A stretch of 40,794 nt of DNA from a virus. The DNA lies in IMG/VR virus record IMGVR_UViG_3300018069_000018, positions 1 through 40,794 of that record; one strand, 5' to 3'. Positions within the stretch are counted from its first letter, which is position 1. Every line of letters starts with the position of its first letter. The notes beneath the pieces are model-generated. The model was not told the origin of the DNA. It ran no database searches and saw only the letters and a list, made by a program, of their open reading frames with translations. Positions 27,610 through 36,141 of this stretch are shown here, piece after piece. The translations under genes and the position numbers were made by a program.

Positions 27610-30378
27610 ATGCCTGCACAGGGAACCACGACACTCCCAGACGCCACGGCGCCCAGCCTCGGCAACGGCGTCGAAGACGAGGTCGCCGTCACGATCGACG
27701 ACGTCACGAACAACGGCGAGTACCGACTCCAAATCAGGGAGACCGGACAGAGCACCTGGGACTCGAACGCTGTGGGGTTCGCCGAGAAAACCGTTGCCTC
27801 GGACGAGGATGCGTCGGGCACGGTGGAGGCGATCGTCACCGGTCGTGAGGACGGCGAAGAATACGAGGTCCGCATCCGCTCGGAGACCGAGCATCGGACG
27901 GGCGAGTGGACTCAGCCCGTCAGCATCGTCACGGCGTTCCCCGGCGCCGCCAATCCCACCGTCAGCGAGGTCTCGGCGACGAGCGTCCTGATAGATGCGC
28001 AGGACAACGCCGACAACGAATCGGGGTTCCGCTTAGAGCGCGAGGAACGAATCGCTGGTGAGTGGCAGGACCGCCGTGTCGTCACCGAACGCGGCCCACA
28101 CAGCGGCGAAGGCAGCATCACGATCACGGACGACACCGCCAGCCCGGGCGCGGACTATCGCTACAGGGTCGAAGCGTATACAGAGCACACTGCGGCAGCC
28201 TCCAGCTGGACGTCGTCTGTGTCGACGCCGGGGCTCGATGACCCACACCCCGACGCCACCCAGTCAGTCCCCCCGCGGGGCTGGCATATCGAACTCGACC
28301 ACCCCGAAACCGGCCACACACGCACGCTCCGACTCGCCGACACCCCCACCCCGAAACCCCGGCTAAACGCGCGGCCGGAGCTCGACATCCCCGTCCCCGC
28401 CGACAACCACTGGGTTGAGTCCGACGCGTGGGAGGACGCCAGCGTTCGCGCCTACCATCATGGCACCAGAGTCCCGGTCGAGTCAGTCGCTAAAATCAGT
28501 CCCGAGCCCGACCACGTCACCCTCACCGCGCGTGGCGGGAGTCGGCTGCAGGAGCGCGCCAACCACGACTTCAGCGACGTGCGCGTCGAGACTGCTATTG
28601 AGGAGATCCTCACCCAGGATACGGACTACGCGGTGGAGGTCGACGCGCCGCCGGCGACGGAGAATCAACAGTGGCGCACGCTCGACACCGTCGAGGACTT
28701 TGACGTGGTCCCCCGATCTGGCGGGCCGCATGAGGCAACCGGCGATGGTGGGATTGTCCCGCAGCAGACGGCGTGGATTCTCCCCCCGCAAGCATTCTCC
28801 ACGTCGAAGCTTGTGAGTGATACGCGGTATAATTGGACGAGCAGCGAAGCCATCGAACTCCCACTGAATACGTCCACAAGCGCTCCGGTGGAGTTGCCGT
28901 ATCGGATTCCGGATGGGGAGGTGGGGGTTGCTGCGCGCGTTGCAATCGACGGGTTTGGCTTCCTCGAGGCCAACGTCGACAACGAGATTGAGTATGGGAA
29001 TCTGACGGCATCGACGTATGATGATCCGGATACCCGGACGGTCGCCTGGGAGGAGTTGGATGCGAGTGATCTTGGCGGGCTCGCAGCCGGCTCGCATACC
29101 GTGTCGGTGTCGTACGTTGACGGCGGGTACGCGGACGCCGACGGCTCAGGGATCCTCGATTGTGCGATTGTGTTCGACAAACGCTACTGGTCTGCGTCGG
29201 ACTTCACCAACAGTCTCAACGACGCGAATAAGCTCGACGGGCCGCCGGGGTTGTACGCGCCCGTGGATGTCGACTTTGAGGTGGATCCACTCAGGCGGGC
29301 GACTGGCGGCCGCCTCAACGCGACAGTGTCCAGCACCAGCAATGGGCAGGGGCTGGGGTTGTCGATGAGCGGCGACACCTGGACAACCCAAACCGGGACA
29401 ACAACGCTAGAGACGGACTTCGAATCCAGCACGGGGAGCTTCCTCGCAAGGGCGACACTCAGTGGCGTCGACGCCCAATCCCAGGAGACGGACGTGGAGA
29501 CGAGTGTCACCACCTACCGCACACGCCCCCAGGAACTGGACGCGCTCAGCATCGCGTATGATGCAATCTCCAGTCCCGGCGTCAGCGAAACCATCGACGC
29601 AACCGTCGCGGACGCCATCACCAGCCTCTGTGATCGCGGCAACCTGATTTGGGAGCTCCAATACACAGAGAGTGACGGGCTGAAGGTGGTGGTGACGCGT
29701 CCCGGCCAACGCCCCAACCACGACCTCAACGAGAATCTGGTTGATTGGAGTGTTGAGAAGGACGTTGAGGCGAGTCCGACGGCGGCGGTCGTCCACGGCC
29801 GCAACTACTCGGTTGATGGCGAGGAGTTCACGGCAGACCTCAACAACGTCGAGTTGTTGCATGACCCGATTGTCGTCGGCTCGACGACCGTCACAGACGA
29901 TGCTGGGAACGAGTACGAACGCGGGGAGAACGCCGACTACGTTGTCAACCACGTGCTCGGCGAGATCAAGATGCCGGACCTCGGGTCAGGATTGACGCAG
30001 GGAGAATCGTACCAGATTAGTTACGAACGCCAAACCACGGGCGAATACTACGCCGTCGGGGAGACGGGACAGCCCGCAATCCGAGACATCCCCCAGATCA
30101 TCAGCGAGAGCCAAGCCGAACAAGCAGCCCTCTACATCGTCGACGAAAGCGAAGGGCCGGTGATCTCCGCGTCGGCCACCCTCGCGGGATCCCGTATTGG
30201 CTACCAGCTCACCCGCGCCCTCGACCTCGACGGCCTCCCCGACATCGGGAGTCTCCGCATCGAGTCGGTGACCGGGACGGGTGGCCAGGTTGAGTTGGAG
30301 CTTGGGCTCGGGCGGACCGTCGCGGACGTCGTTGGGGAGTTGCAGGGGACGTTGACGGATACGGCTCGGCAGACGTGA
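27610..30378 (+). CDS. Large tail tip/hub protein with N-terminal FN3-like domains (922 aa)
   Basis: GREDGEEYEVRIR and PGADYRYRVEAY FN3 motifs; last gene of the tail operon. Confidence 0.7.
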   Translation: MPAQGTTTLPDATAPSLGNGVEDEVAVTIDDVTNNGEYRLQIRETGQSTWDSNAVGFAEKTVASDEDASGTVEAIVTGREDGEEYEVRIRSETEHRTGEWTQPVSIVTAFPGAANPTVSEVSATSVLIDAQDNADNESGFRLEREERIAGEWQDRRVVTERGPHSGEGSITITDDTASPGADYRYRVEAYTEHTAAASSWTSSVSTPGLDDPHPDATQSVPPRGWHIELDHPETGHTRTLRLADTPTPKPRLNARPELDIPVPADNHWVESDAWEDASVRAYHHGTRVPVESVAKISPEPDHVTLTARGGSRLQERANHDFSDVRVETAIEEILTQDTDYAVEVDAPPATENQQWRTLDTVEDFDVVPRSGGPHEATGDGGIVPQQTAWILPPQAFSTSKLVSDTRYNWTSSEAIELPLNTSTSAPVELPYRIPDGEVGVAARVAIDGFGFLEANVDNEIEYGNLTASTYDDPDTRTVAWEELDASDLGGLAAGSHTVSVSYVDGGYADADGSGILDCAIVFDKRYWSASDFTNSLNDANKLDGPPGLYAPVDVDFEVDPLRRATGGRLNATVSSTSNGQGLGLSMSGDTWTTQTGTTTLETDFESSTGSFLARATLSGVDAQSQETDVETSVTTYRTRPQELDALSIAYDAISSPGVSETIDATVADAITSLCDRGNLIWELQYTESDGLKVVVTRPGQRPNHDLNENLVDWSVEKDVEASPTAAVVHGRNYSVDGEEFTADLNNVELLHDPIVVGSTTVTDDAGNEYERGENADYVVNHVLGEIKMPDLGSGLTQGESYQISYERQTTGEYYAVGETGQPAIRDIPQIISESQAEQAALYIVDESEGPVISASATLAGSRIGYQLTRALDLDGLPDIGSLRIESVTGTGGQVELELGLGRTVADVVGELQGTLTDTARQT

Positions 30379-30431
30379 CCCTCTTGGGTTGTGGCGCGGT
30401 GCTGGAGTGGTGTCTTGTCACTGTCGTATAC

Positions 30432-30438
30432 TTTTATA
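30432..30438 (+). promoter_or_regulatory. TATA box of the lipoprotein cargo gene
   Basis: TTTTATA about 25 nt upstream of ATG 30463, the expected spacing for a leaderless transcript. Confidence 0.65.
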
Positions 30439-30462
30439 CGGGCTGCATCGGTGCGTTTGAGT

Positions 30463-31164
30463 ATGCGATGGACACTCCTCGCAGTCTGCCTCTGTCTTGT
30501 GTTAGCTGGCTGCAGTGGCGGCACCCCAGCCACCCAAACAACAACACCGACGACTGAGGCACCAACACAGACACCAACAGCGACAGCGACACCGACGCCT
30601 ACGGCGACGGAGACGGCGACGGCGACAACAACAGCAGCACCGACGACTGAGGCACCAACACAGACACCAACAGCGACGACCACCCAACCAACAGCGACGT
30701 CGACAACGGCAGCCCCAACAACGACGGCTGCGCCGGAGGACGTCTATGTTGGCCTCGAGGAGTACGGCGAGGTAACCGTGGATGGGACCGACCTCCGAGT
30801 CCGCGTTGATGCGTACCAGCTCCGTGACGAGATCCCGACCGAGGACGGCTCACTTGCAGCGCCGGAGGGCGAACAGTGGGTGGTTGTCGAGTTCACAGCC
30901 GTCTCGAATCCGGGGGATTCGATCCGGTTGGGGTATTCGCAGTGGCAGCTGAATACGCTGGGGTCGCAGTCGCCGCGGCCAGATGATGAAGCGATGCGCA
31001 ATGCTGGATGGTCGACTATTCTCGGGGAGGATGAGGTGCTTCCGCCGAACACACAGGAATCATACCGGGTTGTGTTCGCGGCGGAGTATACGGCTGATAT
31101 GGAGTTCGTGATGGAGTCGTACGGCACTCAGGAGCACGCCACGATCCACTTCGAGACCGAGTAA
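30463..31164 (+). CDS. Lipoprotein with Thr-rich stalk and DUF4352-like Ig domain (233 aa)
   Basis: MRWTLLAVCLCLVLAGC lipobox, ~75-aa T/A/P stalk, then APEGEQWVVVEFTAVS domain. Confidence 0.82.
   Translation: MRWTLLAVCLCLVLAGCSGGTPATQTTTPTTEAPTQTPTATATPTPTATETATATTTAAPTTEAPTQTPTATTTQPTATSTTAAPTTTAAPEDVYVGLEEYGEVTVDGTDLRVRVDAYQLRDEIPTEDGSLAAPEGEQWVVVEFTAVSNPGDSIRLGYSQWQLNTLGSQSPRPDDEAMRNAGWSTILGEDEVLPPNTQESYRVVFAAEYTADMEFVMESYGTQEHATIHFETE
30545..30677 (+). repeat. 40-bp direct repeat within the Thr-rich stalk
   Basis: CACCGACGACTGAGGCACCAACACAGACACCAACAGCGAC at 30545-30584 and 30638-30677. Confidence 0.85.
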
Positions 31165-31218
31165 GACTCACTGAGTGGGGTCGCGGAGAACAGCGGAAGC
31201 GGTGGGCGGCTCCGCGAG

Positions 31219-31263
31219 TTAACCAACAACGCGTTCGAATGGTGTCCCGAGTGTTGGTTAAGG
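31219..31263. promoter_or_regulatory. Inverted-repeat site A (TTAACCAACA-N23-TGTTGGTTAA)
   Basis: Right arm AGTGTTGGTTAAGG is identical to both arms of site B at 34539-34584. Confidence 0.6.
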
Positions 31264-31516
31264 AATTATGGAGTACGCTTACAGCGGATACGGACGTAGC
31301 CGGGAGTGAGCCCAGCTGGGGTGGCTGGGTGTCGAGCCGCGTCGACCATACCCCCTGATGGGTGTGGGGCGCGGAACCCCTCCACTCCATAGACACGACC
31401 TGGTGCTCAAGGGGTGTGTCTACTCCACTCTGCCATCTCTGGGGCTGGTGACCTCGAGGTGGCGTTTTCACTACGGAGGCGTGTTCTCGCAGAAGGTTAC
31501 AGCGGAAACACTGGGG

Positions 31517-31837
31517 TTACTCGCTACGGAGGATTGCAAGAATCTGCTGCAGCTCGTCTTTCGTCAGGGCTGTCGACCGAGACTCAACCCCAAGCTCGCG
31601 TTTCACCGCTACAACCAGATCGCTCCGACCCAGGCCGTTGTGTTCTAAGAGCGCGCAGCACTGTTCGCAGGGCGTCATATCCTCCTTGGCGGCTGTTTCT
31701 GTCGTCGGGATGAGTGTGTTCTCGCCCGTGTCGTTACGGCCGTGGACGACCGTACAATACGGTTCGCCGTCCTCGTCGAGGTAGTGGTAGACGCTACTGC
31801 CACGTTTGAACGCAACGTCGAACGACTCACTCGACAT
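31517..31837 (-). CDS. Hypothetical protein with possible metal site (106 aa)
   Basis: YH..C..CEQC; third gene of the leftward repressor operon. Confidence 0.7.
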   Translation of the reverse strand: MSSESFDVAFKRGSSVYHYLDEDGEPYCTVVHGRNDTGENTLIPTTETAAKEDMTPCEQCCALLEHNGLGRSDLVVAVKRELGVESRSTALTKDELQQILAILRSE

Positions 31838-32240
31838 CTGAACTCACCCGCTCGTTGCCCTCGGAGGCGGTTACCGTGATCGACACGTCAACATCGACAG
31901 CGACACCGTAGTCGCGCTGGACGTCCGCCACAGCAGTCTCAACGATGCTCGATAGCTGGTATTCACTCCCGGCTGCTTTGTAGAGAGCGGCAGCCAGCCC
32001 GATCAGTTCCTCTCGCTGGAGGCTGTCGAGCGTCTCATCGAGGGGGAGGTCGGTGGTGGTTGTGAGGAGAGCGAGATCCAGGACCCCGTTGTGGAGTCGG
32101 TCTTGGATTGTGGAGCGGCGTTTGGAGATCGCGCCGCGGCTGTTCTGCTCGCGGTACGTCTCCGGGTCGCGGAGGTAGTCGCGGTCGCTTGGTGAGAAGA
32201 TCCCGCGGCCGCGCTCCTCAGACGAGTTCTCACCCGGCAT
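31827..32240 (-). CDS. Hypothetical regulatory protein (137 aa)
   Basis: RGIFSPSDRDYL..RSTIQDRLHNGVLDLALL, a pattern recalled from haloarchaeal mobile-element genes beside repressors. Confidence 0.7.
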   Translation of the reverse strand: MPGENSSEERGRGIFSPSDRDYLRDPETYREQNSRGAISKRRSTIQDRLHNGVLDLALLTTTTDLPLDETLDSLQREELIGLAAALYKAAGSEYQLSSIVETAVADVQRDYGVAVDVDVSITVTASEGNERVSSDVE

Positions 32241-32454
32241 GTTTGTCCTCCTCGCGAGGGTCGTCGACCAGCTCGTAGAGGCCGGTTGTAATCTTCTTGA
32301 CCCAGCCAGCCGCGATGAGCTGGTTGAGCGCGTAATTTACTTGTTGGTTGTTGAGGCCGGTGCGTTCTTTCAGGTAGTGAGGCGTGGCTCGCCCTTCCTT
32401 GAGGACGTCGAGGACGTATTCTTCGTTCTCGCTGGGGGTGTAGTCCTCATTCAT
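32230..32454 (-). CDS. PhiH1 repressor-like winged-helix protein (74 aa; alternative GTG 32478)
   Basis: EEYVLDVLKEGRATPHYLKERTG..VNYALNQL..GWVKKITTGLYELVDDP. Confidence 0.8.
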   Translation of the reverse strand: MNEDYTPSENEEYVLDVLKEGRATPHYLKERTGLNNQQVNYALNQLIAAGWVKKITTGLYELVDDPREEDKHAG

Positions 32455-32671
32455 GCGTTCTTGTAGTCGGGTTTTCACAGTACCACCTTGACGGTTACTA
32501 CAATCTCTTGTATGATAGTTCTTCCGACCGACTATACAATAGTCTATTATACAGCCTTTAGAAAACACTAAGTGGGTGGCGCCATAACTACTGAATGTAC
32601 CCGAGGGACGCCACACGCGAGAGAAAGTGGCCCGGCGTCACACCGCCGGACCTCGGGTTCGGAGAGAACCC
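32455..32671. promoter_or_regulatory. Divergent AT-rich control region (lysis/lysogeny switch)
   Basis: Lies between the leftward repressor and rightward early genes; TACAA/TTGTA repeats and an AATAG-T-CTATT palindrome. Confidence 0.6.
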
Positions 32672-33121
32672 ATGTCGACTGAATCACCGCAAACCCAAGA
32701 CCGTAACGCCTCCCCACTCCACCGGGAAACCAACCCCCAGCAAATCCCCACCGAGTGGCTACAGGACGCCCCACGAGCCTCTATCGACGACGGCGAAACC
32801 CCCTACTACGCCGTCCTCGCCACCATCGAACGCACCCTCGCCACCGACCCGGACGTCCTCGCCGGCCACCGGGACGGCCGCGGCGAGGAGTGGACTGTCC
32901 ACGTCCTCTACGTCCGCGCGGACGGCACGCGCCGCATCGAACGGACCTACGACGCCAGCGTCACCGAGACCGCGGACGGACTCGACGTCACGCCGAAGGG
33001 CCTGCAGGCGAGCATCGCCGTCGACGGCGACCACGTCACGCCCCACTCAGCGCCGGTCACCGAGGAGATCACTGAGGCGCTGGACGAGCTGCACGGGATC
33101 ACCGTGGAGGTCGAAGCCTGA
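32672..33121 (+). CDS. Hypothetical early protein (149 aa)
   Basis: First gene of the rightward operon; acidic. Confidence 0.7.
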   Translation: MSTESPQTQDRNASPLHRETNPQQIPTEWLQDAPRASIDDGETPYYAVLATIERTLATDPDVLAGHRDGRGEEWTVHVLYVRADGTRRIERTYDASVTETADGLDVTPKGLQASIAVDGDHVTPHSAPVTEEITEALDELHGITVEVEA

Positions 33122-33423
33122 TGTCCGACGGCCAGCCCCAGTTGCACGTTGGCGACCACGTCCACGACCGCGAGGACGACGACGCCACCTTACTCGTCAC
33201 CGCCATCACTCCCCAATCGGCCAGCGAGTACGACGTCGGCGAGAAGACCGTCGCAGCGTACAACGAGTCGTATCCCGCGGACGACCGCGTCATCGAGGTC
33301 CGCTATCCCCAGCGCACCACCCAGGACGTCGACCGCCTCGACGACTACGCGTTCCCCCGGAGTCGGCTTGAACTGGCCGAGCCGTTGCACGACCGCGACG
33401 ACGGCGAGGAGGTTGATTCCTGA
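33121..33423 (+). CDS. Conserved haloviral hypothetical protein (100 aa)
   Basis: TVAAYNESYPADDRVIEV..YAFPRSRL pattern; TGATG coupling. Confidence 0.75.
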   Translation: MSDGQPQLHVGDHVHDREDDDATLLVTAITPQSASEYDVGEKTVAAYNESYPADDRVIEVRYPQRTTQDVDRLDDYAFPRSRLELAEPLHDRDDGEEVDS

Positions 33424-33599
33424 TGGACGACACGACGAACAAGGAGGGGCTTACAGTTCGCGAACTCGGGTCCGATAGACTCCGCTGCCACTCCTGTGGC
33501 GCGTACAAAGACGAGACGCCGGGCGAGTGGCTCATCGACAGCGGCATCGTCGCGTGCCCAGGCTGCAAGGACGACTACCCGGAGGACAGCGATGAGTGA
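33423..33599 (+). CDS. Zinc-ribbon microprotein (58 aa), not in ORF track
   Basis: MDDTTNKEG..CHSCG..CPGC; TGATG coupling upstream and overlap with the next ATG. Confidence 0.7.
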   Translation: MDDTTNKEGLTVRELGSDRLRCHSCGAYKDETPGEWLIDSGIVACPGCKDDYPEDSDE

Positions 33600-33945
33600 C
33601 CACGAGACCGGCAGCCCCGAGTCCCGGCTCAAGGGCGTGCGCAAGCAGCTGCGGCTCGCGCTCGAGGACGTCGACGACCCGGCGGCTGCCGCTCGCATCC
33701 AAGAGTCGCGTCGGAGTGCCCGAGCAGCACACGACGCGCTCACCTCCGTCCCGATCACGACCCAGCCGATCCCCGAGGACACGACTGGGCAGGCGCTCGT
33801 CGAGTGCACGGTGTGTGGCAAGACCGGGCTTGCCGAGCGCATCCACAGTACGGGGTGCCCGCACGACGGGAGTCTAGCAAGCAACGACGCCCCCGATAGT
33901 GAGAGCCCGGGGATCAGCACGACCATCGTTCAGGAGGACCAGTGA
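33592..33945 (+). CDS. Zinc-finger protein (117 aa)
   Basis: CTVCG..CPH; N-terminal coiled helix. Confidence 0.7.
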   Translation: MSDHETGSPESRLKGVRKQLRLALEDVDDPAAAARIQESRRSARAAHDALTSVPITTQPIPEDTTGQALVECTVCGKTGLAERIHSTGCPHDGSLASNDAPDSESPGISTTIVQEDQ

Positions 33946-34265
33946 TGGCCGCCGTCCAACCAACCCGCTCCCTCGAGGACGTCGAAGTCCGCGCGCTCAC
34001 CGAGAAGATGACTGTCCTCGACGACGTCGGCCGCGCTCGCGACGCTCCCGGCCTGTTCGTGGTTGTCTCGAGCTCGGGCGCCAGCTACCTCGTCGACTAT
34101 CAGGAAGAGCGGTGTGAGTGCCCGAGTCAGTTCTACCGTGGCGGCGAGTGCAAGCACCTCGCCCGCGTCGCCTACGCAACAGGGGAGCGCGACATCCCCG
34201 AATGGGTCCGAGCGGATCGCGTCGACGAGCACCTCGGCGACTACCTCCAGGAGGGTCGCGCATGA
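33945..34265 (+). CDS. SWIM zinc-finger protein
   Basis: CECP..ECKHL (CxC..CxH) preceded by SGASYLVD. Confidence 0.8.
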   Translation: MAAVQPTRSLEDVEVRALTEKMTVLDDVGRARDAPGLFVVVSSSGASYLVDYQEERCECPSQFYRGGECKHLARVAYATGERDIPEWVRADRVDEHLGDYLQEGRA

Positions 34266-34510
34266 ACAACGGCGACGTCGAGCGCCGGGACTTCACTGAC
34301 CCCGAGACGCACTTCCGCCTGCTTCGCAGTCAGACGCCCGTCACCGAGGACGGGTTCAAGAAAGGCGAACTCACTGGCGAAGTCGAATGCGAGGAGTGCG
34401 GCAGTAGTGCGGGGAATATCGACGCGATCAACCACGCGAAAACCTGCAGCCAGCAGACCGTTCACTCTTCGTGGTGGCGGGACACGCATCCGCGCAGCTA
34501 CAAGTCCTAA
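34262..34510 (+). CDS. Zinc-finger protein (82 aa)
   Basis: CEECG..H..C; ATGA overlap; followed by a T-tract at 34526-34532. Confidence 0.7.
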   Translation: MNNGDVERRDFTDPETHFRLLRSQTPVTEDGFKKGELTGEVECEECGSSAGNIDAINHAKTCSQQTVHSSWWRDTHPRSYKS

Positions 34511-34538
34511 CCCCGCTGGAGTCTGCTTTTTCTGTAGT

Positions 34539-34584
34539 CCTTAACCAACACTTGGTCCGATAGCGACAGCAGTGTTGGTTAAGG
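34539..34584. promoter_or_regulatory. Inverted-repeat site B (perfect 14-bp arms, 18-nt spacer)
   Basis: CCTTAACCAACACT-N18-AGTGTTGGTTAAGG, upstream of the cdc6 TATA box. Confidence 0.7.
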
Positions 34585-34611
34585 CCGAGGGGTCGGAAGT
34601 CACCCGGGGTG

Positions 34612-34617
34612 TTTTAT
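34612..34617 (+). promoter_or_regulatory. TATA box of cdc6-like gene
   Basis: TTTTAT about 24 nt upstream of ATG 34641. Confidence 0.6.
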
Positions 34618-34640
34618 CCCGAGGGCGTGCAGCCAGAACC

Positions 34641-35687
34641 ATGATAACGCGGCCTCGGGTCTTCGAGGACGACCACCTCCCTGACAGCCTCCTCCACAGG
34701 CACACGGAGAAACGGGAGCTTGCCCGCGGGTTCGAACCGATCACTCGCGGCAACCCCAGCGAGTACGTCCTCCTATCTGGCCCCAGTGGGGTCGGGAAGA
34801 CTGCGCTCGCAAAGAGTGGTCTCGAGGATGTCAGCGACTTCGGGCAGGTGGATACTGGGTTCGTGCGTGCGATGGGGAAACGCACCGGGTCGATTCTCCG
34901 CGACATCATCCAAGCGCATCCTGCGGACGTGGGCGTGTCGCATTCGACGCCCGTTGAGGATCTTCCTGAGCTGCTCGCGGAGGCAACCCAGCGGCCGTAT
35001 GTGGTGGTTCTCGACGAGGCCGACGACCTCCCCAGCACGGACGTCCTTGATGCACTGTCGCGGTGTCGGTGGGTGTCTGTCGTCGTGGTTACGCACGACC
35101 AAACCCGGTTCGAGTCCCGGACGAGCGCGCCGTTCTCGATTACGCTGCAGGTCGATCGTTTTACCAGCGCGGAGCTGGCGGACATCCTCGAGGCGCGCGC
35201 CCAAGAGGGCTTGCAGGCGGGTGTGGTGTCTCGTGGTCAATTGGAGTCGATTGCGGATACGGTGGCGGGCGTCGCGCGCTGGGGCATCCAATCGTTGCGG
35301 GCGGCCGCCGAAATTGCTGATGAACGCGGGCATCCGACCATCGAACCGGGGGACGTCCAGGACTGCTACCAGCGCGCCCGCGGCCGGATTCGCGCATCGA
35401 ATCTCGAATCGCTGCCAGTGTATCATCACGTCTTGTATGAGATCGTGCGTCGGGCGGGTGCGTGCAGTGGGGGTGAGGTCCACGACCGCTATGACCGCGT
35501 TGCTGATGAGGTGTACGAGGGACTGCCGGTCGCGCCGGTGGGGAAACGCAGCCGGCGGAATAAGCTCGCGAAGCTCGCCGCGTACGACCTCATCGAGATT
35601 ATCGAGGAGCGCAGCCAGCGCCAGTACCGAGTCCTCGATGAGGAGTTGTCGTCCACGGTCGTGGAGCTGCCGTCGGTGCGTGTATAG
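34641..35687 (+). CDS. cdc6: Cdc6/Orc1-like AAA+ ATPase with C-terminal wHTH
   Basis: MITRPRVFEDDHLP..; Walker A GPSGVGKT, Walker B VVVLDEAD; YTxxELxxIL-like FTSAELADIL..R. Confidence 0.9.
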   Translation: MITRPRVFEDDHLPDSLLHRHTEKRELARGFEPITRGNPSEYVLLSGPSGVGKTALAKSGLEDVSDFGQVDTGFVRAMGKRTGSILRDIIQAHPADVGVSHSTPVEDLPELLAEATQRPYVVVLDEADDLPSTDVLDALSRCRWVSVVVVTHDQTRFESRTSAPFSITLQVDRFTSAELADILEARAQEGLQAGVVSRGQLESIADTVAGVARWGIQSLRAAAEIADERGHPTIEPGDVQDCYQRARGRIRASNLESLPVYHHVLYEIVRRAGACSGGEVHDRYDRVADEVYEGLPVAPVGKRSRRNKLAKLAAYDLIEIIEERSQRQYRVLDEELSSTVVELPSVRV

Positions 35688-35816
35688 CCGTATCCCGGCG
35701 TGTATCCCCTGTATACCCCTCTTGTATCAGGGTTCTCCGGTACTCTTATTTGGCTGTGGTGACGAATATGCACCGTTGGCAGCAGGCCATATCCGCATGA
35801 CCACCCTGCCTGCCTG

Positions 35817-35915
35817 TCAACAAATGGGATATAACACTCCCAAGTCGCGCCATGAAGTGAGGTAAGTGACGAAGTAGTTCCCCGAAGTGGCGTGGGGCTG
35901 GGAGATTTCCAGCAT
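35817..35915 (-). CDS. Possible 32-aa peptide, shares leader and MLEIS start with 36004-36141
   Basis: MLEISQPHATSGNYFVTYLTSWRDLGVLYPIC; 17-bp identity with the second copy. Confidence 0.3.
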   Translation of the reverse strand: MLEISQPHATSGNYFVTYLTSWRDLGVLYPIC

Positions 35916-36003
35916 ATATCCTCATCGTCCTTTCAATACCAAAGAATAGCCCTGGGTAGGGCCGTAGGTGGCCTCGACGTGTGTTCGACGTCGAGGGAGT
36001 GGT

Positions 36004-36141
36004 CTACCGCTGCAGGTAGACGTACACCCCGAAGCCCAGGATGACATACGTCAGAGCCCAGAGTGGGTGTCCGAGAGCCAGCGCGCCAAGCGAGGCGCCG
36101 ATGCCTGCGGTTGGGGCTGGCAGATGAGAGATTTCCAGCAT
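36004..36141 (-). CDS. Small hydrophobic membrane peptide (45 aa)
   Basis: MLEISHLPAPTAGIGASLGALALGHPLWALTYVILGFGVYVYLQR; two short hydrophobic segments. Confidence 0.55.
   Translation of the reverse strand: MLEISHLPAPTAGIGASLGALALGHPLWALTYVILGFGVYVYLQR

Noticed and set aside
18779-30378. Contractile tail, invertible fibre cassette or diversity-generating retroelement
   Set aside because: No sheath or baseplate-J-like gene, no second recombinase, no reverse transcriptase, and no duplicated fibre C-termini were seen.
32595-33371. 258-aa ORF as a Cro-like first early gene
   Set aside because: Low-complexity Pro/Arg/Ser translation overlapping two better acidic ORFs in other frames.
34572-34640. 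GTG start for cdc6 at 34572
   Set aside because: It lies inside the inverted repeat and upstream of the TATA box; ATG 34641 gives the typical MI..RV.. N-terminus.
35682-35730. GTAT(C/A)CC repeats after cdc6 as iterons
   Set aside because: Short, irregularly spaced (8-13 bp) and degenerate; not enough support.
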